A stretch of DNA of 63,761 nt, counting the filler, from Octopus bimaculoides (taxonomy: Eukaryota), in the NCBI RefSeq assembly GCF_001194135.2. It is 6 parts of 6 records of this genome, joined end to end, with 100 filler letters (N's around TTAATTAATTAA, not from the genome) between each part and the next. Parts side by side here need not be neighbours in the genome. Positions count along the whole stretch, not along the records: positions 30,131 to 58,111 come from NC_068989.1; 5 more parts are not named here. One strand, given 5' to 3'. The notes under the pieces are model-generated. The model searched no databases. It was given only the letters and a program-made list of their open reading frames with translations, and had not been told where the DNA came from. Within the stretch, counting starts at the first letter, position 1. Each line of letters begins with the position of its first letter. Made by a program: the position numbers and the translations under genes. Positions 36,352 through 48,980 of the stretch are shown one piece after another.

Positions 36352-36519
36352 TGTCTAATACTCTGAATTTCTTGAAATTCTTCTAAATGGTATTTAAATC
36401 TATGTATGCATGAGGAATTACCTTGGATGTGAATTCTACTTACATTTACTGGTGTCTGATTGTTGGATATAGTTAACCAAATTTGTTTAAAAGTGAATTT
36501 TTTAATCTCTTTTTCTTAT

Positions 36520-36561
<42 letters not shown>

Positions 36562-36662
36562 NNNNNNNNNNNNNNNNNNNNNNNNNNNNNNNNNNNNNNN
36601 NNNNNNNNNNNNNNNNNNNNNNNNNNNNNNNNNNNNNNNNNNNNNNNNNNNNNNNNNNNNNT

Positions 36663-37760
36663 TCATTAATGAACATAATAGATAAACATCTAAATATAAA
36701 CAATAAATATGTCGCAATATTTAAGAACAAAATTAGAATCGGCCATAGACTGACATGTAACTTAGCTACCATCATAGCCTCTATTAATAATAAAAAATTA
36801 GACACATTCTATGCAGCTAGAAAGATCATGAACAACCAAACCAACAACCGTCCGACAAATAGAACAAACCCCAACCCTAATCCAACGCCCCTTGCTAACA
36901 GAGACACACACCAAAAAAACAATAGGGCCACACAACAACACACCTACACAGACACCCCTTATAATTTATGTAGCTGTAAGGATAGGAATAAATGCAATTT
37001 CTCCAATAGATGTAAGACCGAAAATGTAGTTTACCAATGTGATGTACACACAAACAGCCATATAAGATCATACATTGGGACCACGAAAACCCAAATACGC
37101 CTAGCTTTAGAAATAGAAAGAAGGCAAATTCAAGAGGACTTAGTAGCTATATCTGGGAATTAAAGGACAATAATATAGCATACAAACTAAAATGGCATAT
37201 ACTCAGAACAGCAAATTCTTAGAACTCAATTAACAGACATTGTGATCTTTGCCTAACTGAACGCCTCGAAATCCAAATGGCTACAACACATCTTCTAAAC
37301 TAAAAATACGAAAATAATCCAATTTGTCTACACACTACAAAATTTTCATTTTCTAAGTATAATTAAATATTTACTAGGACAGAGTTCGCTACCTCTTCAC
37401 CAAAACTTAGAGTTACTCCACTTTACTTACACCGCCGATGCCAAAGAACCATAATATCTGCTTGATTTAACAACATCCATGTGAATAATGTGCTTGACTA
37501 ACATTGGAATTATGGACTTAAACAGCACCCACACTACCTCTCCTTCACAGAAATATTATTAACCCTGATTTCGACTAAAATGTAAGACTCACTCCTCTAT
37601 ATACATTCTTTTACATTAGTATATCCTCCACCTTTCTATACCTTCATCTCTCAGACCATGCATCTAAAGAGACTACTCAGCATTCTGAAGAGATCTGCCA
37701 ATTTAAATTGGCAAATCGAAAAAATCATGAATGTAACATTACATAATCTCTACCTAATTG
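36663..37760 (+). mobile_element. Penelope-like element 3' part (GIY-YIG) with pLTR-like tail
   Basis: CSCKDRNKCNFSNRCKTENVVYQCDV...SYIGTTKTQIR; downstream CTGAAGA-stem-GAAA motif. Confidence 0.8.
37685..37726 (+). ncRNA. Degenerate hammerhead-like core in a Penelope tail
   Basis: CUGAAGA, long stem GAUCUGCCAAUU/AAUUGGCAAAUC, GAAA; helices I and III not clean. Confidence 0.4.
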
Positions 37761-38035
37761 ATTAAATTAATACCTCACTAGCGCAATCGACCTGCTTCTT
37801 CCTGTGTTTATTTCTCCATTCTCTACATGATTATACTTATAAACTACAGTTTACATGATAAATTACCTGCCTCTGGATACCTTCTAACAAAGACAGTACC
37901 CACTAAGGTAATCTCCAGGAGCGCCTTCGAATTTAATTGTCCCTTAGTTGCTTAAACACTTCTAGCCTTTCACTTGAATGCTTAAACAATCCTAACTTAT
38001 ACCTATATACATATATGCATATATATGTATGTATG

Positions 38036-38081
<46 letters not shown>

Positions 38082-39654
38082 TATGTACACACACACACAC
38101 ACACACATATGTACATACACACACACACACACATGTACATACACACACACACATATATGTACATACACACACATACACACACACACACAATACACATATG
38201 TACATACACACACACACACATATGTACATACACACACACATATGCATGCATGCATGCATGTATGTATATATATATATATATATAGTGATTTGCAGGTAGA
38301 CCTGGAAGGAGAGGTGATGAAACAGAATAAAGAAGGAAAAGAAGGTACAAAGTAATTTCTGCTGTGTCTGTAGATGGAAACTGCTATATAGATGTGGCCT
38401 TATAAGATATGAAAGAGTAATATGTAATGAATAGAGAGCAGCTGAAAGCTGTGTGGCCTTTCTCAGTATACAAGAAAAATGTCCAGTATACTGAAAGGAA
38501 AACAGAAATTAAATAAAGAGTGGTATGTAGTGTAGCTAAACAGGTATATATGGCTGTTGCAGGAGTTGTTTCTGTAACAAGGAAGCAGGTGATCATGAAT
38601 TAATTGTTTCAATGTTGAATTTCTAACTAAAAGATAGGAAAAAAAAAACTCTTTACATTTACCTCAGTGGCATGGTTTAATGCATATGAACTGTAGATTA
38701 CAATGCCAGGTACAGATGAAGCATACATGATATTTAATTATAATAATGGTTTTACTGCCTTAATAACAATAATAAGAATAACAAATGACATCATAAACAG
38801 TCAAATTTGTTACTCGATTTCTCTATATGAAATTTGGAACAATTTGTATAAAACAAAGCACCAATAAAATAGTAATAATAATGTTAAAAATGGAGGATAG
38901 CAAACAAGCCTCAGTTTGGCTCTCAAGCATTGCAGTGCTTGCTTAGATCAGGGATCACAAAACTTTTCAGTAGCACAGGCAACATATTCTAAAAACAAGA
39001 CAATTGATGTACAGCAGATGTTAATTTAATGCTATTATTGCACTCCATTTGATCTACAAAACAAGCTTCATGTTTTAAAGTGATCTGAGTTAAAACCTTC
39101 CATCAAAATTTCATGTTAATTTATGTTCCAAGCATCAACTTGGAGTTATTTTACGAAATTCATTATATCCAAAATTAATTGAAAGAAAGGCACGCATTTC
39201 AAAAGAAATTTGGTTACAAAACTTAAGAATACGTTCAATCACAAAGTGGTTAGCTTCTGTTCCAAAGATAACCAAAGAAATTGTTGATGCAAGAATGGAG
39301 AAGGAAGATCCAAGCTACCACCACAAAGACTACATCTCAGTCACATATGCTCTTCAGAGCAATCTTCGGCACAAAATCTATTGATTACACAGTTGAGCTA
39401 AACTATCAACTGATTTAGCCACAACATTTACTGGAGTCTACACTATTGCAAGCACTGGGGGTCAGGTGCCTGTTTGAGGTTAATTTCTCACCAATCTCAG
39501 ACATCCTGAAAAGACTAACAGTCACTTTTCTTCCTCCTCCTCCTCTAAGTCATATAAAGATTAACAAACACAGGCATCCACAAATTCATGTGCACTTGTG
39601 TGTGTGTGTGTGTGTGAGTATGTTAGAAATTAGCCCATCTAAATTAACTTGGAT

Positions 39655-39815
39655 CATCATCATCATCATCATCGTTTAACGTCTGCTTTCCATGCTAGCA
39701 TGGGTTGGACGATTTGACTGAGGACTGGTGAACCAGATGGCTACACCAGGCTCCAATCTGATATTTGGCAGAGTTTCTACAGCTGGATGCCCTTCCTAAC
39801 GCCAACCACTCTGAG
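39655..39815 (-). mobile_element. Short RTE 3' end
   Basis: CATCATCATCGTTTAACGTCTGCTTTCCATGCTAGC. Confidence 0.8.
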
Positions 39816-40078
39816 ATGTGTTGTTTATAACCCTAGGACTGCAGTAAATGTCCTGAGAAATCTGCATGTGATGACCATAATATGGTGAAGTTATGTGATA
39901 CAAAAGTGTCATCTGCTGGTGCTGATGAAATATTGTCAACCAATATCTGTGATTTTTTCACATTTGTCATCTAGAAGCACATTCCTAGGCATTATAATCA
40001 ACACATCCAAGTTAGTTTAGATGTGTTAATTAATATTTGTTGCAAAGGATGCTTCTGTTGCTAATCACATATTCACAT

Positions 40079-42945
40079 GCAATCATCATTTAACGTCAGT
40101 TTTCTATGCTGGGACGGGTTGGATGGTTTGACAGGAGCTGACTAGGTACAAGACTGTGCTAAGTCCTTTTGTCTGCTTTGATTTCTACAGCTGGATGCCC
40201 TTCATACAGCACCAGCACTGGTGAGGTCACCAAGTAATATGCAAGATAAAGACCCCTCAGCTGAGGCCAGTCAAGGGGCACTGGCATTGACCATGCTTGA
40301 ATGGTGCTTTTTATGTGCCACCGGCACAGGTGCCAGTCCGGTGACACAGGCACCAGTCACGCTCGAGTGGAGCTTTTTATGTACCAGTCAGGTAGCACTG
40401 GCATCGGCCACAACTACGATTTCACTTGGCTCAACACACCTTCTCAAACACAACATATTGCCTGGTGATTGAAGGGGTACTTTTAAATAGGCCAGTTATG
40501 CGACATTGGCATTGGCCACAGCTATAATCTCACTTGGCTTGTCAGGTCTTCTGAAGCACAGCATATCTCCAAAGGTCTTGGTCGCTTGTCATTGCCTCTG
40601 TGAGGCCCAGCATTCAAAGGTCATGCTTCACCACCTCATCCCAGGTCTTTTACAGGTTCCCTCCACAGTTAAGGTGTGACACTTCTTCCCACAGCTGTCC
40701 TCCATCTGCAACACATGACCACACCAGTGCAGTCGTCTCTCTTGCACACCACATCTGATGTTTCTTAGGTCCAACTTTTCTCTCAGGGTGCTTACACTGT
40801 CGTGTATGCACACTGACATTACACATCCAGCAGAGCATGATAGCTAAATTTCTTTCAAGCCTGCACATGTCCTCAGTAGTTACAGCCCATGTTTCAATGC
40901 CATGTAGCATGACTGTGTGCACATATGCATCATGCAGTCTACCTTTCACTCTGAGCGAGAAGCCCTTTGTTACCAGCAGAGAGAGGAGCTCTCTGAACTT
41001 TGCCCAGCCTATTTTTATTTTAGCAGCTATGTTCTCAGAGCATCCACCCCGCTACTAACTTGGTCACCTCGGTAATGGAGGCTATCAACTACTTCTAGTT
41101 TTTTTTCCCCTGGCATGTGATGGAATCTGTTTTCTGTACATCTTTGGTGTTTATTGCCCCTGTGCATCTACCATACACAAAAACTATCTTACCAGTTAAC
41201 CTACCTTTGATATTGCTGCACCTTTTATGTGTCCATAGCTTGCACCGAGTACATCTTATGGAGTTTCTACCTACACCTTTTCTACAAATCAAGCAGGACC
41301 ATCTATCTGAAGGGATTTGTGACTCCTCTGCTTTCCTACTTACTAGGACTTGGATTTTTGTTAGCTTGACTCTAAGGCCCTTCGCTTCTAGACCCTGCTT
41401 CTACACCTGAAACTTTTCTAGTTCTGATAGTGACTCATCTATTAAAGCAAGGTCATAAGCATAGAGGAACTCCCAGGGGCAGCCTGTCTTGAATTCCTCT
41501 GTTATTGCCTGAAGGACTATGATTAATAAGAGGGTGCTGAGGACTGATCCTGGGTGAACCCCTACTTCTACCTGGAATTCTTTGCTATACTCATTGCCAA
41601 CCCTCACCTTACTGACAGCATCCCTGTACATGGCTTGTACAGCTCTCACCAACACCTACCCCTAGTTTCTGCACTGACCACCAGATAAGGGCTCGAGGGA
41701 CCTTGTCAAAAGCTTTCTCCATGTCAATGAAAGCCAGGTACAGAGGTTCATCTTTGGCTAGAAATTCCTCTTGCAACTGTCTTACCAGAAATATAGCATC
41801 AGTGGTGCTTATCCCTGGCACAAACCCAAACTGCATCTAATCTAAACTCCCTCCCTCCCTCCCTANNNNNNNNNNNNNNNNNNNNNNNNNNNNNNNNNNN
41901 NNNNNNNNNNNNNNNNNNNNNNNNNNNNNNNGACCCTCTCCATGACTTTCATCTCCTGATCCAACAATTTGGTACCTCTGTAATTATCACTATCTAAATG
42001 TATTACCTTTACCTTTGTAGCAGTTGACTATGGTGCTGCTACACCAGTCATTGGGTAAGACTCCTTCATATATAATAACCTGGTTGACTATATGGGTGAC
42101 TAGACTATAGCCTACACTGCCAGGTATTTTAAGCATCTCAGCAGTGATTCCTGTTGGGCTGGGAGCTTTCCCTGTCTTCATACCCTTAATTGCTTTATCT
42201 ACCAAGGTACTGTCAATTTGAATAGCTGGTCCCTCTGTTGGATTGACATTTGGCTGATTCTCTTTCTCCCATTCATTCTCTTCATTTAACAACCTTTCAT
42301 AGTGGCATCTCCAAGTCTCTCTCTTTGCAGCATCATTAAATGCAAGTGAACATTCATCCATGCAGACACTTCTCTCCCATGACATCACATTCTCTATCGC
42401 ACTTGGTCTTGCAATACAAAACACTTCAACTCTCTGGTCCTTACGACACGGAACATTGGCAAATTTTTTCTCATCTGCTTCTCCTCTGGTTAAGTAAACC
42501 TGTCTCCAAGCTTCCCTTCTGGCAATCTGCCAGTTCCCTGCTACCACCACACTTCCAGTCCTTCCATGCCTGTTTCTTTTCCCAAATGGCCTTGCCAACT
42601 ACATTGTTCCACCACCACATTACTTTAAGTTGAGAAGGGACTTTGATCTGGTCAGTAGCCCTCAACAAGATGTCCCATAGGAACCTCCAGTTGTCCTCCA
42701 CATTATGTGATGCTACAACCTCCTCTTTTTTGTCAAAAGCTTCAAGTAATAGGTCTGTCCATTCAGAGAATCCTTAAGCTACCAGGCTTTTCTTTTCCAT
42801 GCTGGTCACCTTCTGGGCAGCCATTTAGTCCTGATCCTGAAGTCACTAACTACTAACCTATGTTGTGGGGTGCATTCTTCACCTGGGAAAGTTTTGGCAT
42901 TTATAAGTAGCCATCTTTTCCATTTCCTAGCAAGAATATAGTCAG
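40079..42945 (-). mobile_element. 5'-truncated RTE-clade LINE (APE C-terminus + RT + 3'UTR), decayed
   Basis: KTFPGEECTPQHRLVVSDFR; QFGFVPGISTTDAIFLVRQLQE...DMEKAFDKVP; GVHPGSVLS...LYAYDLAL; (CAT)n at the left end = (ATG)n tail. Confidence 0.9.
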
Positions 42946-42959
42946 CATAAACATATATA

Positions 42960-43600
42960 TATCATCATCATCATCGTCGTTTAACGTCCGCTTTCCATGC
43001 TAGCATGGGTTGGACAATTTGACTGAGGACTGGCGAACCAGATGGCTACACCAGGCTCCAATCTAACATGGCAGAGTTTCTACAGCTGGATGCCCTTCCT
43101 AACGCCAACCACTCCGAGAATGTAGTGGGTGCTTTTACGTGCCACCGGCATGAGGGCCAGTCAGGCGGTACTGGCAACAGCCACGCTCAAAATGGTGCAT
43201 TTTACATGCCACCTGCACAGGAGCCAGTTCGGTGGCACTGGCAACGACCTCGCTCGAATGTCTTTACACGTGCCACCGGCACAAGTGCCAGGAGAGCAAC
43301 ACTGGTAACGATCACGCTCAAATGGTGCTATTTATGTGCCACTGGCATGGAAGCTAGACAGCTGCTCTGGCAATGATCACGCTGAGACAGTGCTCTTAGT
43401 GCTCCACTGGTACAGGTGCCATCACGATTTCGCTTTCACTTGCTGCAACAGGTCTTGACAAGCAGAATTTCGTGTCCAATGAAGGAGACATTGGCATGGG
43501 TACCAGTCGTCGAATTTGGCTCGATTTCAATTTCACTTGCCTCAACAGGTATTTGCAAGCAAGAGTTTAGTGTCCAATGAAGTACGCATAAGTGGGCTGG
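42960..43600 (-). mobile_element. Long RTE 3'UTR copy
   Basis: Tail plus several internal GCCAGT..GGCACTGGCAACG modules. Confidence 0.8.
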
Positions 43601-44302
43601 CTACACCCCTGGCAGAGGCCTCGGATTTATATATTCTAATATTCTTTTGGTTACTAAACATGTTTTTTTTAATATTTATAATTACACTTTCATAAGAGTA
43701 ATTGACGATGATGATGATGAATACATCCATATTCATTCCATGTATCTTTCAAGTAAATATAGAAAAGTTTTTTTATCCACTGTATAAAACAATCTTCACA
43801 TATAAAGAACAATGGAAAAACCATGTAGTAACAGATGCAAATTAAACTGAGTGTTAATTAGCTCAAGCCTAGAAATTTCTTGATGCAGTGATTATTCAAA
43901 AATTTGTTTTTCATGATTTAAGTGAAACTAACAAAAAATATGTAGACATGTAGCCAGTGAAACATAGGTTAGGGAGCCCTAATTTAGATCATAGCTTCAT
44001 AAACTGAAAATAAGCCTTGAGCAGAAAAAGAGAAGAGGCGGCAGCAATAAATGAAGAGGGAGAGTAGTCAATTAAGATGCAGATACCTTCATAATAAATA
44101 ATCAACAGTTTGTGGTTAAGTGACTCTTTAGTAATATATAGAATAATGTCTTGCCAAATTCCTCTTATACAGACTGATGGACAAGACATCATATAGAAAC
44201 AGTGGTTGTATTTTGTCAGATAAACCAAAATAAACTTGCTCAAAGATAAAACTCCAGTTTCTGTAGCAAAATTTTTAAACAACTTTGAAGTACCTTGTTT
44301 CT

Positions 44303-44481
44303 TTAACCCTGTAGCATTCAGATTATTCTGTCAAATGAAATTATTTATTCACATTGCTTTCAATTAATCATGCATTATCTTGTAGTTTTTAGATTTTAAG
44401 ATTTCAATGATGTGTTCACAATGACATTGTAGTGTAAGTGTGAGAGGTCAGATATGGCTGATTTAAATGCTAAAAGGTTAA
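44303..44481. mobile_element. piggyBac-type MITE
   Basis: TTAA|CCCTGTAGCATT ... AATGCTAAAAGG|TTAA. Confidence 0.8.
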
Positions 44482-44760
44482 AGAACTCTATCTAAACCAC
44501 TCCATAGAGAATAGCAATGATTATGTGGGAATAGAGATTGGAAAGTACAGAAAAGAATTTTAAAATAGAAAGAATGGTTGATTTTTATATACTAAGAGCT
44601 GCAAGAGGACAAAATGTACATAGAAGACATGACCTAAGAGAATAATAAAAAAAAAAAGGTAAAAGAATAGAGAGGTTTGGAAGGACTTTTGAGTTAGGAA
44701 AAGCTGCAAATGGGAAGAGAAAAAAGAAAAGGGCAGAGGGAAAGGAGATTAATTTAAGAC

Positions 44761-44814
44761 CTTCAAATACTACGTCATCTTCTAAATTTGGTGGTGGTGG
44801 TGGTGGTGGCAGGT
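44761..44814 (-). CDS. ABI: ABI polyproline exon (3' boundary uncertain)
   Basis: ttctccacag|AC CTG CCAx7...; with the phase-1 G gives DLPPPPPPPNLEDDVVFE, like ABI DFPPPPPPPPVDYED; donor AAG|gtctta is weak. Confidence 0.7.
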
Positions 44815-46680
44815 CTGTGGAGAAAAATACAAATATCGCATCAAAAGACAGTGCTAAATTTGAAGAAATAACAAAATGGGAGGCAAGTTGAAAGAAAAAA
44901 AAAACATAACATAAAATAAACAGTTCTATATATATATATAAATCATGCAAATAAAATGAACACAAGCTTTACAACAAAAAACAAATTTTACAACAATGAC
45001 AAAAAAAACCTACAAATTTTACAAATAAAAGTAATATTTGTAATTATTTGAATTTTCTACAAACTAATAATAGCCGACTGGAATTGGTTGTACTGACATA
45101 TAATAGACACAAACTTTTCATGTAAGTAATAACCTTTTATAACCTTTTGAAATGAAATTTTCAAAATGTTAAAAAGTATTAAATCTAACAAAGCAAAGCT
45201 ATCAGTGTTAGAAGAAATATTTTATAGTAGAAAGATTATCAAAATAAAATCTAATTTCTTCATTTTCCTTCTCTACAACATAAATGTCACACTAAACACA
45301 GCAAGTAACTCTAAACAAAGCTCAAGTGAAACCCACAATGCTCTACTAATTTAGAGTAGTATGAAAATCAGGTATGAAAATTGATCAATGATTTCACAAA
45401 TGAAATGATGAAAGATAAAGATGAAAGTCTGTTCTATAACCAAGGCATGGAAAAATATTTGATGATGACCTCGGATTATATTCAACATTCATTCACCTTA
45501 ATACAACAATTGTGAGATCCTAACTGAGATTTGAACTAAAGTTTTCAGATTTTCCCGGTCAAGAGTCATTACCTAATATATGTTTCATACAAAGAAGAGT
45601 CACCATAGAAGTTATTAATGCCTGTGTGAATATGGTTCGGCCAATCAGCACTGGGTTACTTATTTATGGCTGGTGTAACTTTGCTCTAAGTTGAATTTTC
45701 TCACCTTTAAATAACTTGACCAAGAAGGTTTTAGAATCTATTTGGTGGGAAAACTTGCATACTTCCTAGGAGCCACACCTGGTCTATATTGCCCCACCCC
45801 ATACAATAGTCACTCATCATCTTCTGGCAAATTCAATTTAATCAGAGTGCTACATCAGGATTTGTATGGGTCAGTTATTTCTTATCTCTCTTACCTTTCT
45901 TATTCACAGACCTTAACTAGTAGTGTCACTTAACAATATTCATTATATACAATGATTCATATGCCCTTTCACAATATTAATTTATTGAATGTACATATGT
46001 AAATACAGTGCAGTGTTAAATAAAATATTTTGAAACTCAAATGAATCTTTCTGTGCTTACTGTCAACACATGCAACCTAACAGCCTGCCAGATGTGAGAT
46101 CAGCTGGAAGAGATAAAACTAACAATCACACTAAAATGATTTAATATAAAATGATATAAAATGATTTTATGGGAATAAATAAACAAAGAAACAAAAAGGT
46201 TGATTTTTTGCTCAACATTATTACTATTGTAAAAGGTATAATTGAAACGCCAACAAATACCTAGGTACTGAACTCTGATTTTAAAAAAGTAATGAAATTA
46301 AAAGTGAGATTCCTAAATGTTATATCTAGTGATAGAGTAAATAGATATAATCATTATAAGCAACAACTCCTTACTTGAATGGAACATGATACCACAAAAC
46401 TTGACTTTGAAATGATTTAACAGATCCTATCAGATGGTGCTTTTAAATTAAACATGGCTTGGGTCAATCTTCGGCTGAAACATATTTGATTAATATGTAA
46501 GAGACAGACAACACTACTGACAGAGTAAATTTTTTTTTTTTTTTTTTGGTTGAACAAAAAATAAATTTAGTGAAGAATATTCTCATAACATTGCTAAACT
46601 TTCATAATGCATCAGAATGAATATAAAGCTAAAATAATTACAAGATTAAAAAAATTGCATAAGAAAACATAAGTTCCTAC

Positions 46681-47131
46681 CTATTGCTCCCTGAGGCAGC
46701 ATTTGAGGGGGTATGTGAATTCCTTGTGCCATGTTGGGAGAAGAAGGAGTGTGACCACCACTTGCTGTTTGGGGAGTTGGCATTGGCCGTGTCATACCCA
46801 CAGGTGGAGCCGTTTGACCCTGACCACCACTCATGACAGCAGATGTGGCTGCATACCCACTCCCATCTCTTCCGCCACGGCCTCCACCACTTCCACGGCC
46901 TCCACCTCCCCCACCACCTTGCATAGCATAGTTGGGAGCATAATGGGAGGGCACAGACGGAGGCGCCACCGGCGGGGCTGGAGTACGGTAGTGGGAAGCA
47001 CCCTGTGACCGACCTAGCGTACCACATGCACGGACTGTTGGTGGGGTTGGTGGTTTGGATGTAGGGGCTTGAGTGGAAGTCCCACTGCTCATAGAAGCAC
47101 TACGACCTGACCGTGGATTCAAAGTCTGCAC
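46681..47131 (-). CDS. ABI: ABI Ser/Pro/Gly-rich exon
   Basis: ttttgcag|GTG CAG...GCA ATA G|gtagg; contains TQAPTSKPPTPP, GTLGRS and YRTPAPPVAPPSVPSHY, typical of the ABI middle region; phase-consistent with flanking exons. Confidence 0.9.
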
Positions 47132-48197
47132 CTGCAAAAGAAACAAATAAAGAAAAATTGAGAAAATTGCATAAACTGCCTGCCAAGAACACTTTCTCTC
47201 AGAACTCTTGGATTATTTTCTATCCTATCTTTGATAAAGGAAAAATTTCCTGAAATAAAATAGGATTATTAAACAACTTATGTAGAGTGATACAATATCA
47301 TGTACTTGCCTTTATTTAATGGCATCACTTTACATATTTTGCTTAACTTCTCACTTGCATTGCTTAAAGGTCTGCTTAAAAATATTTTCAAAGTATCAAA
47401 ACTTTCACAATTAATGTTTAAAAAAAATACAAATTGATATGTACCAATTTTTAGCAAACACTCCAACAGAGACTTATACTACAGGCCAGGGCCAGTGTGT
47501 GCCCTGTGAGTGAATTTGGTTGACAGAAACTATGAAGTTTGTCACACATACACATGTATATATGTGTATGTGTGTAACCCCCACCTCCACCATTTGTCAA
47601 ACAGAGCTAGTTTGTTTATGTCCCCATATTTAGCAGTTCAGCAAAAAAATGAGGAAGATGGAATAAGTACAAGAATTTTTTTAAAAATAAATACTGGGGT
47701 TGATATGTTTTACTAAACCCTTCGCGGCAGTGCCCCAGCATGGCTGCAGTCCAATGATTGGAAGAAATGAAAGGTTCAAAAAGGAATAAATATATAGATA
47801 GACAATTTAATCTGAGATCACATGACAAAATATACTGCTATTGAGGTAGATTTGGTAGGCTCATACACAAAACTATTTAAATCAAGGAATAAAAATGTGA
47901 ACACAATAGCGTGCCTATTTGGAAAAGCCGAACTCTAATGCATGAAATCATGCTAAATACTTAAATTTCTTTCAATTTCAAATGACAAATACCACTTTAA
48001 AAAGCTAATAATATGTGTGTGCGCATTTGCGCATATCTATCTATATATGTATATATATATATTTATATAGATAGGGTGATAAATTGAATATTAATTCAAT
48101 TTAAAACCAAGTGGCCTTAGCATATAAAAAAATCTGAAAATTCAGAAAACATTTTATTACACGTGTATAAGGGATGACCACTAGGTGGATATCCAAT

Positions 48198-48308
48198 ATG
48201 CTAGAAAGAGGTCATCAACGACCCAACCACAAAGAAAAATAATGTTCTCCAGAAAAAATTTCGCAATTTTTCTTTGTGGTTGGGTTGTTAATGACCTCTT
48301 TCTAGCAT
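48198..48308. repeat. 43-bp-arm hairpin, 25-nt loop
   Basis: 48198-48240 is the reverse complement of 48266-48308 with 2 differences. Confidence 0.9.
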
Positions 48309-48645
48309 GTATGTATATGTATGTATATNNNNNNNNNNNNNNNNNNNNNNNNNNNNNNNNNNNNNNNNNNNNNNNNNNNNNNNNNNNNNNNNNNNNNNNN
48401 NNNNNNNNNNNNNNNNNNNNNNNNNNNNNNNNNNNNNATATACATATATACATATATATATATATGTATACATATATATATATATGTATACATATATATA
48501 CATATATACATATATATACATATATACATATATATATATATGTATACATATATATACATATATATATATACATACATATATATATATACATACATATATA
48601 TATATGTATATATACATATATAAACATGTATATATACATATATAA

Positions 48646-48970
48646 ACTGGCACCCATGCCAACCTCTCCTTCATTGGACACTAAACTCTGCTTGCGAAGA
48701 CCTGTTGGGGCAAGTGAAATCGAAATTGAACCATACACGATGACTGGTCACCGCGCCAGTGGAGCACTAACAGCACTGTCGAGCGTGTTCATTGCCGGAG
48801 CAGCTGTCTGGCTTCCGTGCTTGTGGCCTGTAAATAGCACCATTAGAGCGTAATCGTTACCAGCGTTGCCTTCTAGCACTTGTGCTGGTGGCATGTTAGA
48901 AAATCATTCAAGCGAGGTCATTGCCAATGCCGCTGGACTGGCTCCCGTGCAGGTGGCACGTAAAAAACAC
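48646..48970 (+). mobile_element. RTE 3'UTR fragment (opposite orientation to the adjacent RT)
   Basis: TGGCACCCATGCC...GGACTGGCTCCCGTGCAGGTGGCACGTAAAA. Confidence 0.7.
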
Positions 48971-48980
48971 NNNNNNNNNN

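Noticed and set aside
38663-38690. 28-bp minus-strand micro-exon candidate (cag|...|gtaaa)
   Set aside because: In the phase required for ABI it hits a stop after four codons, with no homology support.
44060-44110. YYEGIC as part of the ABI SH3 (WYEGVC)
   Set aside because: No surrounding SH3 residues or splice sites.
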